Positions 29,441 to 38,099 of a stretch of 64,000 nucleotides of DNA are shown here, in pieces (the first letter of the stretch is position 1; every line of letters begins with the position of its first letter). A model generated the notes under the pieces. It was not told the origin of the DNA, searched no databases, and saw nothing but the letters and a program-made list of their open reading frames with translations. The position numbers and the translations under genes are program-made. Origin of the DNA: a virus (Duplodnaviria; Caudoviricetes); the IMG/VR virus record IMGVR_UViG_3300020576_005257, positions 170,928 to 234,927 of that record; one strand, 5' to 3'.

Positions 29441-30497
29441 TACTATCGTCTCCTAGTACGAAAACCTTGAATTGTTTAGCTTGATCTTCATTTTTTGGTT
29501 CTTCTTCTAAGTATACGTTCCTACCAATTAAAGAGTTTCTACAAGCTTTGATTGAATATAGTGAGGATCCATCCATTACAATTGAATTTTCAATATGAGT
29601 ATTCTCAATAAACACATTATTTCCAATTGAAGTAAATGCTCCCACATAACTATTGGCTATCACTGTATTTTCTCCAATAATAGCTGGTCCTTCAATTAGT
29701 GAATTGATAACTTTAGCTGTTTTATGTAAAATTACGTGGTCTGTAACGACACTATCATAAATTTCACCTGCTAAATCTTCTGAAATAGACGATAAAACCA
29801 CCTCATTTGCCTCAATTAGAGCCTCACTACTGCCTGTATCTTTCCACCAAGCCTCATTAATGGTGTGATGAAGTACAGTGTGCTTGTAGTCCAAGAGTGT
29901 CTGTATAGCCTCAGTAATTTCGTATTCTCCTCTTTTTGAGGGCAATAATTTCTCAATTGCGGCATGAATGATAGGAGAAAAAAGATAAATACCCACCAAA
30001 GCGAGATCGGATTTGGGTTCTACAGGCTTCTCTACGAGATTCACAACAACATCCCCCTCAATTTCTGCTACTCCGAATTGGCTGGGATTTTCTACTTGCT
30101 TTAAAAGGATTGTAGCAGCTGGATTTTGTAGTTTAAATTCTTGTATAACTGGAGATATATCTGCATTTATGAGGTTATCCCCTAAATACATTACAAATGG
30201 ATCGTCCATCAAGAAAGGATGGGCAGTTTTAACAGCGTGTGCGAGTCCTAGAGGCTCATCTTGTACAATATAGGTAAAAGTACACCCCCATCTCTCTCCA
30301 TCGCCACAGGAGCCAATTATAGGGCTATCATGTTCCGATATAATAATGCCAATATTAGTAATTCCAGCCTTTACAAGGGCTTCAATCCCATATTCCACCA
30401 CAGGTTTATTAGCAATAGGTATAAGTTGCTTAGAAATCGAGTAGGTAAGGGGTCTAAGCCTTGTTCCTTTACCACCTGCAAGTATTAATCCTTTCAA
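29427..30497 (-). CDS. rmlA: Glucose-1-phosphate thymidylyltransferase (long form)
   Basis: MKGLILAGGKGTRLRPLT, KQLIPIANKP, YLGDN, EKP, RGEYEIT, C-terminal beta-helix. Confidence 0.95.
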   Translation of the reverse strand: MKGLILAGGKGTRLRPLTYSISKQLIPIANKPVVEYGIEALVKAGITNIGIIISEHDSPIIGSCGDGERWGCTFTYIVQDEPLGLAHAVKTAHPFLMDDPFVMYLGDNLINADISPVIQEFKLQNPAATILLKQVENPSQFGVAEIEGDVVVNLVEKPVEPKSDLALVGIYLFSPIIHAAIEKLLPSKRGEYEITEAIQTLLDYKHTVLHHTINEAWWKDTGSSEALIEANEVVLSSISEDLAGEIYDSVVTDHVILHKTAKVINSLIEGPAIIGENTVIANSYVGAFTSIGNNVFIENTHIENSIVMDGSSLYSIKACRNSLIGRNVYLEEEPKNEDQAKQFKVFVLGDDSNVSL

Positions 30498-31531
30498 AGG
30501 TCTTCTCCTAAACTTTTAGAGTAAAACTGAGTGACAAAGTTCCTATAATCATCAGTTTCCTGAATTTCTTTCCACCAATTCTCGTTTTCTTTGTACCAAT
30601 TGATGGTTTCTTTAAGTCCATCATCAAAATTTTTCTTAGCTTTCCAGCCTAATTCTGTTTCAATCTTATCAGTACAGAGAGAATACCTCATATCGTGGGC
30701 ATTTTTTCTCGGATCTTCAATGTATTTAATCAAATCCTCCCCCTTTTCAGTCTCAGCAAGAAGAATTTGTACAATTTCCATATTGTTCCTTTCATTTACA
30801 TCACCAATATTGTAAATTTCCCCAATTTTCCCTCTCTCCAAAACTGAAAGTACACCTTCTGCGTGATCTTCAGCATGAATCCATTCTCTTACAGCCGATC
30901 CATTACCATAAACAGGAATTTTTTTGTTTTCTAGAAGCCTGGTAAGGAAAAAAGGAATCAGTTTTTCTGGGTATTGGTTAGGACCATAGGTGTTTCCCCC
31001 TCTCGTAATACAAACAGGGGTCCCAAATGTATTATGGTGGGCTAGTGCGATTAATTCACCCCCAGCCTTAGCTGCTGAGTAAGGAGTATTAGGATGAATA
31101 GGATCAGTTTCCTTAAAACTACCGTTCTTAATACTACCATATGATTCATCAGTAGATACATGAACTAGCTTCTTAACAGAAAATTTATTGGCTAAATCAC
31201 AAAGAACTCCAACTCCTTCCACATTTGTCTCAATAAAAGATGTAGGATTAGTTAGTGATCTATCATTATGGGTCTCAGCCGCAAAGTTTACAATATAATC
31301 AGGAACTTCTTTTTCAAACCAGGAAGATAAAAGAATTCTATCTTGAATTAATCCTTTTACCAAAGGAATATTTGGAGGTAAGTTATGAGGATTACCAGCA
31401 TAGGTAAGGGCATCATAAACAACAATGCTGGCTTCTGGATACTTTTGTTTAACTAACTTAGCAAAAGTAGAACCAATGAAACCAGCACCACCGCAAACCA
31501 ATATAGAAGATTTAGTTAAATCTACTTTCAT
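30494..31531 (-). CDS. rmlB: dTDP-glucose 4,6-dehydratase (start corrected to MKVDL)
   Basis: GGAGFIGS, DALTYAGN, NFAAETHNDRS, STDESYG, YSAAK, YGPNQYPEKLIP; longer start would overlap tRNA-Cys. Confidence 0.95.
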   Translation of the reverse strand: MKVDLTKSSILVCGGAGFIGSTFAKLVKQKYPEASIVVYDALTYAGNPHNLPPNIPLVKGLIQDRILLSSWFEKEVPDYIVNFAAETHNDRSLTNPTSFIETNVEGVGVLCDLANKFSVKKLVHVSTDESYGSIKNGSFKETDPIHPNTPYSAAKAGGELIALAHHNTFGTPVCITRGGNTYGPNQYPEKLIPFFLTRLLENKKIPVYGNGSAVREWIHAEDHAEGVLSVLERGKIGEIYNIGDVNERNNMEIVQILLAETEKGEDLIKYIEDPRKNAHDMRYSLCTDKIETELGWKAKKNFDDGLKETINWYKENENWWKEIQETDDYRNFVTQFYSKSLGEDL

Positions 31532-31545
31532 TACAGAAGTAGTGT

Positions 31546-31622
31546 TGGAGGACCAAGAGGGAATCGAACCCCCGAAAATCACCAGGTTGCAACTGGTTGC
31601 CTTACCATTTGGCTATTGGTCC
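31546..31622 (-). tRNA. tRNA-Cys(GCA)
   Basis: GGACCAA/TTGGTCC acceptor, ACCAG-TTGCAAC-CTGGT anticodon arm, TTCGATT T-loop, U73, encoded CCA. Confidence 0.9.
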
Positions 31623-31630
31623 CATTAAAA

Positions 31631-31716
31631 TGGAGGAAGACCGAGGAATCGAACCCCAACCCTTGTAGGTCGTTCTGTTTTCAAGACAGCCCCCAGCCCA
31701 GCCAGGGTGATCTTCC
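31631..31716 (-). tRNA. tRNA-Ser(UGA), non-canonical (possible 8/4 fold)
   Basis: GGAAGATC/GGTCTTCC acceptor, CTTGAAA loop, long variable arm, TTCGATT, TCCA end. Confidence 0.8.
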
Positions 31717-31724
31717 TTAAATCA

Positions 31725-32226
31725 TGGTGATAGCTGTAGGATTCGAACCTACGCGCTTTTTACAGACTAAGATTCCCAAAAATCTAAAGAACCAACAATG
31801 AGTTTATATTTCTCTTTATCTTTTCCTAAAGATATTGCAGTAGAACCACATATTGATGAAGGTAATAAATATGTCTCCCCTTCATTTGTTAGAACAAAAA
31901 CAAAATCTACAAATGATGGATCGAATTTCTTAATGGTAGATCTAGATTTATTTCCACCACAGACTTTTAAACAAACTACAAAAATATCGTATCTAGGTTT
32001 TGATGTTGTAGTTTTTACTTGAATTTTTTTTAATCCATTCAAGTCAACTACTAAGTCATAATCTTGGCTATCTGTTAAGGGAATACAGACAGTCAAACCC
32101 TTAGAAGTAAAATAACTAATCGCACTACCAAGACCGACATCCCCTTGTTTTTTACTGTTTTGTTGGGTTAGCATATTAGATAGTGTTGTCAAAGCCTCGT
32201 GCAATCGTCCACTCTGCCAAACTATC
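31725..32226 (-). pseudogene. Leu-like tRNA gene interrupted in the anticodon loop by an endonuclease ORF
   Basis: 5' half 32226-32191 (GATAGTT TG GCAG AGTGGACGA TTGC A CGAGG CT); 3' half about 31775-31725 (GTAGG TTCGAAT CCTAC AGCTATC ACCA); acceptor strands complementary. Confidence 0.75.
31767..32174 (-). CDS. PD-(D/E)XK homing-type endonuclease (I-Ssp6803I/PDDEXK_5-like)
   Basis: KQGDVG...VCIPLTDSQDYDLVVD...KIQVKT...VDFVFV; start at MLTQQ since a longer start overlaps the tRNA half. Confidence 0.85.
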   Translation of the reverse strand: MLTQQNSKKQGDVGLGSAISYFTSKGLTVCIPLTDSQDYDLVVDLNGLKKIQVKTTTSKPRYDIFVVCLKVCGGNKSRSTIKKFDPSFVDFVFVLTNEGETYLLPSSICGSTAISLGKDKEKYKLIVGSLDFWES

Positions 32227-32238
32227 ACTTAAAATTAC

Positions 32239-32886
32239 TTAAACAGTGTCGTGTGTTCTACCAATATTTGCAGTCACAAGATCCTGATCTACAGCATCCA
32301 CTTCCTCTGAGTTATCCAAATCTGCATACCTTCCAGCAGTACTCCAAGTAGGATCACTAGGAGTAGCACCAAGTACACTGATTGCATAATCTACGTCAGC
32401 AGCATCAACTACACCATCACCATTACAATCACCAGTATAGATAGTTGTAGTCACAGGTGTAGCAGTTCCAGTTTTAGTAAAAACCACATTTCTAACTACT
32501 CGATTCAATCTTGGCCTACCAGCTTTAATTAGAACAGAATAAGTGCCCACAGGCAAACCAGTAATTGAAGAAGAATAAACTTCACCCATATCAACTGAAA
32601 CATTTTTAGTATTACAAAGCTTACCTTGTTTCCAGAATTCAAAAGTTACAGTAATCGGGCTTTGTACGGCAGCATCAGCAAAAGTGAGTGTACCACCAAA
32701 TGTTTTAGCTGGTGTTAGTTGTCCTGTAGTACTAAAAGTAATAGAGTCAGCAGGTAGTAATAGTTCAGGAAGCTGTGTATCCCCTTCCCCAAACGTATCA
32801 AATGAACGTCCAAGTGTTACATCATAAGGAATACCATCATCACTGATAATAAGGCCTGGCGTAATCATACCATCTTGATTAATCAT
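32239..32886 (-). CDS. Beta-sandwich plus dockerin-like (double Ca-loop) protein
   Basis: GDCNGDGVVDAAD...ADLDNSEEVDAVD duplicated motif. Confidence 0.8.
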   Translation of the reverse strand: MINQDGMITPGLIISDDGIPYDVTLGRSFDTFGEGDTQLPELLLPADSITFSTTGQLTPAKTFGGTLTFADAAVQSPITVTFEFWKQGKLCNTKNVSVDMGEVYSSSITGLPVGTYSVLIKAGRPRLNRVVRNVVFTKTGTATPVTTTIYTGDCNGDGVVDAADVDYAISVLGATPSDPTWSTAGRYADLDNSEEVDAVDQDLVTANIGRTHDTV

Positions 32887-33140
32887 TAAAATTGCTCCCT
32901 TGCTGCTCTAAGAACATCCTCAGTCATAGTAGCCTTAGCAGTGGCACCAGGGTACCTAGTAAGAACTGTACCAGATGCAGAAAGACCAGAGGTATCAGCT
33001 ATAGTGACACCAGTAACACCTAAACTAAAAACAGAATTAGCAAACTCTGAGAAAGGTCCAGGTAAAGTGGGGTTATCTAAAGCTAGGTTAATAAATGTAC
33101 CTAAGCTTGTTTCAGTTAATCGTTTCCCAGAAAGTATCAT
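32886..33140 (-). CDS. Hypothetical protein
   Basis: 84 aa, AGGAG RBS and CCTCTATTA upstream. Confidence 0.6.
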   Translation of the reverse strand: MILSGKRLTETSLGTFINLALDNPTLPGPFSEFANSVFSLGVTGVTIADTSGLSASGTVLTRYPGATAKATMTEDVLRAAREQF

Positions 33141-33177
33141 AATGATAGGTGTCTCCTATCCTATAATAGAGGAAAAA

Positions 33178-33375
33178 TTAAGAATACTTTTTATGTTGTG
33201 AGTTTCTAGTGGGGGTTGGATGGATTTTCATGTGTCGATAATGTCTAACTATCAAAAAGAATAAAATGGCTCCTGTTAAAAGTTTGATAGCTAAAATAAT
33301 ATCATACTGAAAAAATAAAATAGATGCAAACAATAAAGCCATCAATTCGAAGTAGGGATAAGATGGTTTATTCAT
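33178..33375 (-). CDS. Small two-TM membrane protein
   Basis: 65 aa, two hydrophobic stretches, GAGAGG RBS. Confidence 0.5.
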   Translation of the reverse strand: MNKPSYPYFELMALLFASILFFQYDIILAIKLLTGAILFFLIVRHYRHMKIHPTPTRNSQHKKYS

Positions 33376-33429
33376 AGACTAAGCCTCTCATTAAGAATAG
33401 AGGAAAAAATAATAAAAGAATAATAAAAA

Positions 33430-34080
33430 AAGAAGCAGATGGCTAGTCTACTTCTTTACATTTAAATTCAGCTTCGCAACATCATGGCTAGGCCTCCTAG
33501 GTAATTTCGGGGACCACGTTATCAACGGAGTCCGTGCTGCTTCTACACATGGCAGACCAGCTTATTAATTTCAGAGTTGTCGTTAATTCGACTCAATTCC
33601 ACATTTGGGAAGCCAACCCACCCTATTTTCAGGAATTGTATTAGGGCCACTCGCCTGTATACAGGCCACTCCGAAACTAAACTTAAAATAAGAACCTTTT
33701 CTGGTTCCTACAGCGAAAGTAGCAGATTGTGTCGCTAAGGACACCGCCGTCTACCGGGTTATTCTTCCCCACTAATCTACCCATTTATCAAGAAAATATC
33801 AAAAACTAATAAATGAAAAATCTACGTACTAAACGTAAACCTCCGACTTCGCAGGGAAAACTGATATACACAGGGAGGGCGGGTCGCGTCGGGCGGCCCG
33901 TGGCTTAGCAACTAAAGGAAGAAGCCCCCTCCCATGTGTGCGGTATGTTCTACTAACTCTATTAATTTTTCTCCCCACTCAAATAAGAGTTACTCAGAGT
34001 AGAACTAAATTGATTTATTCGTACTATACCAAACGATCTATTAAGTTTTCAATTTACTAATCACTATACTAGACGCATTT
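33430..34080 (-). ncRNA. Unidentified structured non-coding region (2-3 units)
   Basis: No ORF >60 aa; GC-richer than flanks; closing stems TTTCGGAG/CCCCGAAA and CACAGGGAGGGC/GCCCCCTCCCATGTG; CCTCTATA motif upstream at 34108. Confidence 0.45.
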
Positions 34081-34133
34081 AGTGTCTAAAAAGTTTCAAC
34101 AATTTTATATAGAGGGGAAAAATTTATTAAATT

Positions 34134-34412
34134 TTACTCTTTATATCCCATATGGAAGTCTAAAGCTTCAACTTGATCCCAGAAAATGGCTTGGTATCCA
34201 CCTTCTCGATCAGTATAAATAATATGAGACTCGTCCACGTATCCACTGTCACCCAAATGTATTGAGTGAATAACACCAGAAGCCAATTTTACTTGTGCTT
34301 CACCATGATTAGTTAAAATACTCAGAAACACCAGAGCCTTAGAGTTATTAACTTCTTCTCCCAAGAGTTCCTTGAAAGGTTTAAGCGTTGATTTTAATCC
34401 ATTATTTGCCAT
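34134..34412 (-). CDS. Small beta-rich protein (possibly Sm/SH3-like)
   Basis: 92 aa; VKLASG...IIYTD...AIFWDQVEAL pattern. Confidence 0.5.
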   Translation of the reverse strand: MANNGLKSTLKPFKELLGEEVNNSKALVFLSILTNHGEAQVKLASGVIHSIHLGDSGYVDESHIIYTDREGGYQAIFWDQVEALDFHMGYKE

Positions 34413-34418
34413 TTTATT

Positions 34419-35183
34419 TTATTCCTCATCCTCACACAATCTAAACCACATAACTGTATCGTCAGTCTTAGTGTAAAATCTATCATAAATGTAACTAAGA
34501 TCATCCACCAATCCTTCCTCTCCTCCAGTTAAATCAAAGTCAGTAATATTATCTGCATCTTCAATACAGAAAGTAACGTAACCATGCCCAGGCTCAGAGA
34601 AGAAATCCATCATCATAGAGGTAAAAGTAACGAGATCTTCCTCTGTCTTAATATATACAGCATCTTCTGGTGTTCCTTCTAAGTCTTCATGTAAATCCCA
34701 GTTATACTCTTCTACTGGATATTCAAGTTCTTGGTCCATTAATCCAGTTAACCCCTCTGGGTTAGAATTGACTGGAAATCTATTGCTGTAAGCTCTCTCT
34801 ACGTTAGCTTTAATTGCTGCTGGGCAGTTATCTAGTCCAAAGAATCTCTCAAATTCTTCGCCCCCGTGGAAACTAATAGTTTCTTCAATACTGGAGGAAT
34901 TGACATGTCCTGTTAGCTTAAACTCCTTCATTCTTAATACAGGGTAATGGAATACTTCATATACATCTTTACCGTGATTAATTACTACCCATAATTTATA
35001 TTTCAAACCATGTATCTTAGAGTCTTTATACACAGTATACAAATCAAATTGATCAGTCTTAAGAAAGCTTAGGATAGGTTCATGAGGATTTAAAACAATC
35101 CCCTGTAAAAAATCCAACTGCTTAATAGGTTCATGCTCCAATTGTAGGTAAGTACTTACGTTTTCCGTTGTTGAGATTATCAT
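34419..35183 (-). CDS. Acidic hypothetical protein
   Basis: 254-aa ORF. Confidence 0.6.
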   Translation of the reverse strand: MIISTTENVSTYLQLEHEPIKQLDFLQGIVLNPHEPILSFLKTDQFDLYTVYKDSKIHGLKYKLWVVINHGKDVYEVFHYPVLRMKEFKLTGHVNSSSIEETISFHGGEEFERFFGLDNCPAAIKANVERAYSNRFPVNSNPEGLTGLMDQELEYPVEEYNWDLHEDLEGTPEDAVYIKTEEDLVTFTSMMMDFFSEPGHGYVTFCIEDADNITDFDLTGGEEGLVDDLSYIYDRFYTKTDDTVMWFRLCEDEE

Positions 35184-35275
35184 TCTTTATTTATTTCCGT
35201 AGTGTTGTTCTAGGTTTAAACCTGTATGGGGTACAGTGTGTTCCTTAGTATAGTTGTCCGTAGGCATCGTTATGT

Positions 35276-35920
35276 TTAACCCACATTTTCTTCCAATATG
35301 TTATTTAAGTTGCTTGGGGTATGGATCCAAATTACATCAGTATGAATAGATTTAAAAATTTCTCTTGCTTTTATATAATCTTTCTCTGAGAGTTCGTCAC
35401 AAATGACGTATGCATAAGGATCCTTAATTGCAGTTATAAACTCTAGTTTTCTATCATTAATAGATAAAAAATCTAAATGTGTTTGCTTTCCAAAAAATTT
35501 CTGTAAATTTCTTTGTGTTGTCTTTCCCATACTTTGATTAGGACTCAAAACTAATATGGGCAGTAAGAACTGATTGGCTAAGTATCCAGCAATCGTTGAC
35601 TTACCAGACCTTCTCACCATTGTTATCTCATTCACTCTTGCCTTTCTATGTGAAATTAAAGATAACACAGTTTCTTGGGTCTCTGTCGGTTCTTTGCAAG
35701 ATGGTTTATTAGTAATGTTTGCTAAACTTAATTTAAGGTGTAGATCATCAAAAGGAAAATTTATTGAAACCCACCCAGGAATTCTAATTAGTGGAAATAG
35801 TTTGTTTAAATCTTCAAGCTTTATATAGGGGTCATTAAAACACATTCCACTAGATCTAGGAGTAAATGCTACATGGTCTCTTTTGTTACTAAAAAGTTTT
35901 TTTAAGAAATTCTTTTTCAT
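35276..35920 (-). CDS. Truncated P-loop NTPase-like protein
   Basis: RRSGKST Walker A and YVICDE Walker B. Confidence 0.6.
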   Translation of the reverse strand: MKKNFLKKLFSNKRDHVAFTPRSSGMCFNDPYIKLEDLNKLFPLIRIPGWVSINFPFDDLHLKLSLANITNKPSCKEPTETQETVLSLISHRKARVNEITMVRRSGKSTIAGYLANQFLLPILVLSPNQSMGKTTQRNLQKFFGKQTHLDFLSINDRKLEFITAIKDPYAYVICDELSEKDYIKAREIFKSIHTDVIWIHTPSNLNNILEENVG

Positions 35921-36013
35921 TCCTTATATAGTGTAACAACAGAATCGTACAGTAAACCCCTTCACCTTCTACATGAAGGTGAACTTCGTTTCCATCCAAG
36001 TGTTACATCAAAA

Positions 36014-36424
36014 TCATTTTGAATGATTTTGTGCAGTTTGGGTTTTCCAACCCAAACTGACATCATTTGCTTTCCAGATTGGAAGCAAATTAGTATACAG
36101 AGTACAATCAAAAGGAGGATTCCCATAGACTAAAGCATCTACACAATCACCATGTACACATACTACAATAGCCTTATATACCTGGGGGTTTCTATTGATC
36201 TTCTTACCCTTATTGGAAATAGCCTTAGGAGGTTCATGTACCTCAATTTCAGCTCCAATAGATACTGCTGGAATAGGGTTATCTAGGAGCATAGCAATTT
36301 CTTGCTCAGCTTCTAACAGTGTGTCAAATGATTTCATTTTACTGTTAGAGATTGCATCCCATACCTGATACTGCTTACTAAAGTAAGTAATATAGGGTTT
36401 GATATCATCTTTCTTTTTTTCCAT
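36014..36424 (-). CDS. Hypothetical protein (start probably MEKKKD)
   Basis: ORF track 36014..36472; first ATG with purine-rich leader at 36424. Confidence 0.5.
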   Translation of the reverse strand: MEKKKDDIKPYITYFSKQYQVWDAISNSKMKSFDTLLEAEQEIAMLLDNPIPAVSIGAEIEVHEPPKAISNKGKKINRNPQVYKAIVVCVHGDCVDALVYGNPPFDCTLYTNLLPIWKANDVSLGWKTQTAQNHSK

Positions 36425-36598
36425 AGAACTACCCTTTCCTGGGAAACCTATACACATGAGGTTTGTCTTCAATACTGGAAATATACTATTCTACTTTTAT
36501 TTATGGTCCTTAACCTAAAAAGTTTCATCTTCCAGATTTTGGTTTTATATTTTTTCTATGTACAGCAGAAATAGAGTAAAAGGGAAACTGGAAATTAT

Positions 36599-36784
36599 AC
36601 CCCCACCCCTTTTATATAAAGGTTTAACTATGCTCCTTCTTACTTGTGAATAGTAGGTCTTAGGTCCTAGACAAATAATAACCATTAAAACTTCACTGTT
36701 AGCTCATCAAAGATAAAATCATTACAAACTCATATATGTATATGAATGGGGGGTACCTACTATTTAAGACCCCCACCCCTTTTT
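36599..36784 (+). repeat. 15-bp direct repeat ACCCCCACCCCTTTT x2 at the strand switch
   Basis: Copies begin at 36599 and 36769. Confidence 0.8.
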
Positions 36785-36870
36785 CCAGGATTTGTGGTGA
36801 TCGCCATTCATATTACATTCTTCAGAATTTACGGAGAGTTATGGATGCATCAAGCATTCGAAAGGTTAAC

Positions 36871-37101
36871 ATGAAAATCTCACCTATCGTTCTCATCATC
36901 ACAGCATGTGTCATCATGGTCGGCTCTTGGACTATATTGAAACTTCAGTATCAGGTATACGAAAAGACTGCCTACACAGAAGGCTACACACAAGCACTCA
37001 AGGACATCCGCTCGTCATTCAAAGGATCTGTCCCTGCTGAGGTGGAGTACAAAGGCAAAGCATTATTAGCTGGTGCTGATGCTACCAAACTCGCTCTCTA
37101 G
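36871..37101 (+). CDS. Small N-terminally anchored protein
   Basis: MKISPIVLIITACVIMVGSW hydrophobic N-terminus; AAGG leader. Confidence 0.6.
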   Translation: MKISPIVLIITACVIMVGSWTILKLQYQVYEKTAYTEGYTQALKDIRSSFKGSVPAEVEYKGKALLAGADATKLAL

Positions 37102-37129
37102 TCTCTCGTCACACACATAGGTAACTACT

Positions 37130-37264
37130 ATGAAATTCGCTCGTAACAAAACCAAGTCTCGTAATGCTCGCCGCTACTACCGTGGTGAAACGACCGCTCG
37201 TAATCACAAGCCTATCCGCAAGGACAGACTTCACAACCACAACACAGGAGTCTGCACAGCATGA
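37130..37264 (+). CDS. 44-aa very basic protein (not in ORF track)
   Basis: MKFARNKTKSRNARRYYRGE...; AGGT leader; ATGA overlap with next gene. Confidence 0.55.
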   Translation: MKFARNKTKSRNARRYYRGETTARNHKPIRKDRLHNHNTGVCTA

Positions 37265-37467
37265 TGTCCTGGCTCTATGACCAAGCATCTCCAACTACAT
37301 CCAACCTTTTAAAGGCTGGGTACACGTTGGCAGAAGTCAACAAAATCAGATGCAGTGAAGGTCGCACCTGTACGGGGTGTAATCAACCCATTCACTGGTC
37401 TCGGTACAACGAAACGTTGTGTCCCAACTGTCTCTCTGAGGAATACGCACAGCAATGCTCGGCGTAG
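37261..37467 (+). CDS. Small Zn-finger protein
   Basis: CTGC...CPNC. Confidence 0.6.
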   Translation: MMSWLYDQASPTTSNLLKAGYTLAEVNKIRCSEGRTCTGCNQPIHWSRYNETLCPNCLSEEYAQQCSA

Positions 37468-37528
37468 CTCTCATCGCCATCGGACTCCTCTTCGGAGGGG
37501 TCTACTACTCTTGTCTCGGTAAACACTC

Positions 37529-37786
37529 ATGAAAGTTCCCGCATTCTTCGGCTCAGCACTACGTGCTCCTTCCCACATCATCTCCACACTTGCTATCAAG
37601 CAACAGGAGATCAAGTCTCAACCAAGCCAAACAGCAATGGCTCTCGACCGCATGGAGAAACTCCAAGCAAGGGTCAACGAAACCAAGCTCACTCTGGATG
37701 AAGCCAAGGACGCAGTTACTCGTGCTCAACTGAGTTACGATACGGCTGTCCAAAACCTGGCTATCTTCCGGAATTCGATCCGCTAA
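37529..37786 (+). CDS. Small coiled-coil protein
   Basis: 85 aa flanked by hairpins. Confidence 0.6.
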   Translation: MKVPAFFGSALRAPSHIISTLAIKQQEIKSQPSQTAMALDRMEKLQARVNETKLTLDEAKDAVTRAQLSYDTAVQNLAIFRNSIR

Positions 37787-38006
37787 CAAAATCCTACTAC
37801 CTGGTACTAACTGGGTAGTAGGTAAAATTTTTTCTCGTCCGACCGATATGTGGCATACCTCTCCGTAAAGGGGAGGATGGATGGTATGACCTACAAGCTG
37901 AAGCTACTCGCTTCGCTCGTCGGAGACCTGCGGTAGGTTGGGGGAGAGGGGAGTCTTGGACCTACCATTAGACTCTCCCTTAGTCTAAAATCAATCATGG
38001 GTATTT

Positions 38007-38099
38007 ATGCAACTAATCCTGCTGTTCCTAATCTTCGTCGTCGTTCCGGCTTTACTGATCGGACTCGTCGTCCATCTACTGGACAAATGGCAGATCTAG
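38007..38099 (+). CDS. 30-aa single-TM peptide (not in ORF track)
   Basis: MQLILLFLIFVVVPALLIGLVVHLLDKWQI; codon style matches neighbours. Confidence 0.5.
   Translation: MQLILLFLIFVVVPALLIGLVVHLLDKWQI

Noticed and set aside
31532-31582. N-terminal extension of rmlB
   Set aside because: Overlaps tRNA-Cys; the Rossmann motif begins right after MKVDL
35276-35920. Second terminase large subunit
   Set aside because: Only a short ATPase-like fragment with no nuclease domain
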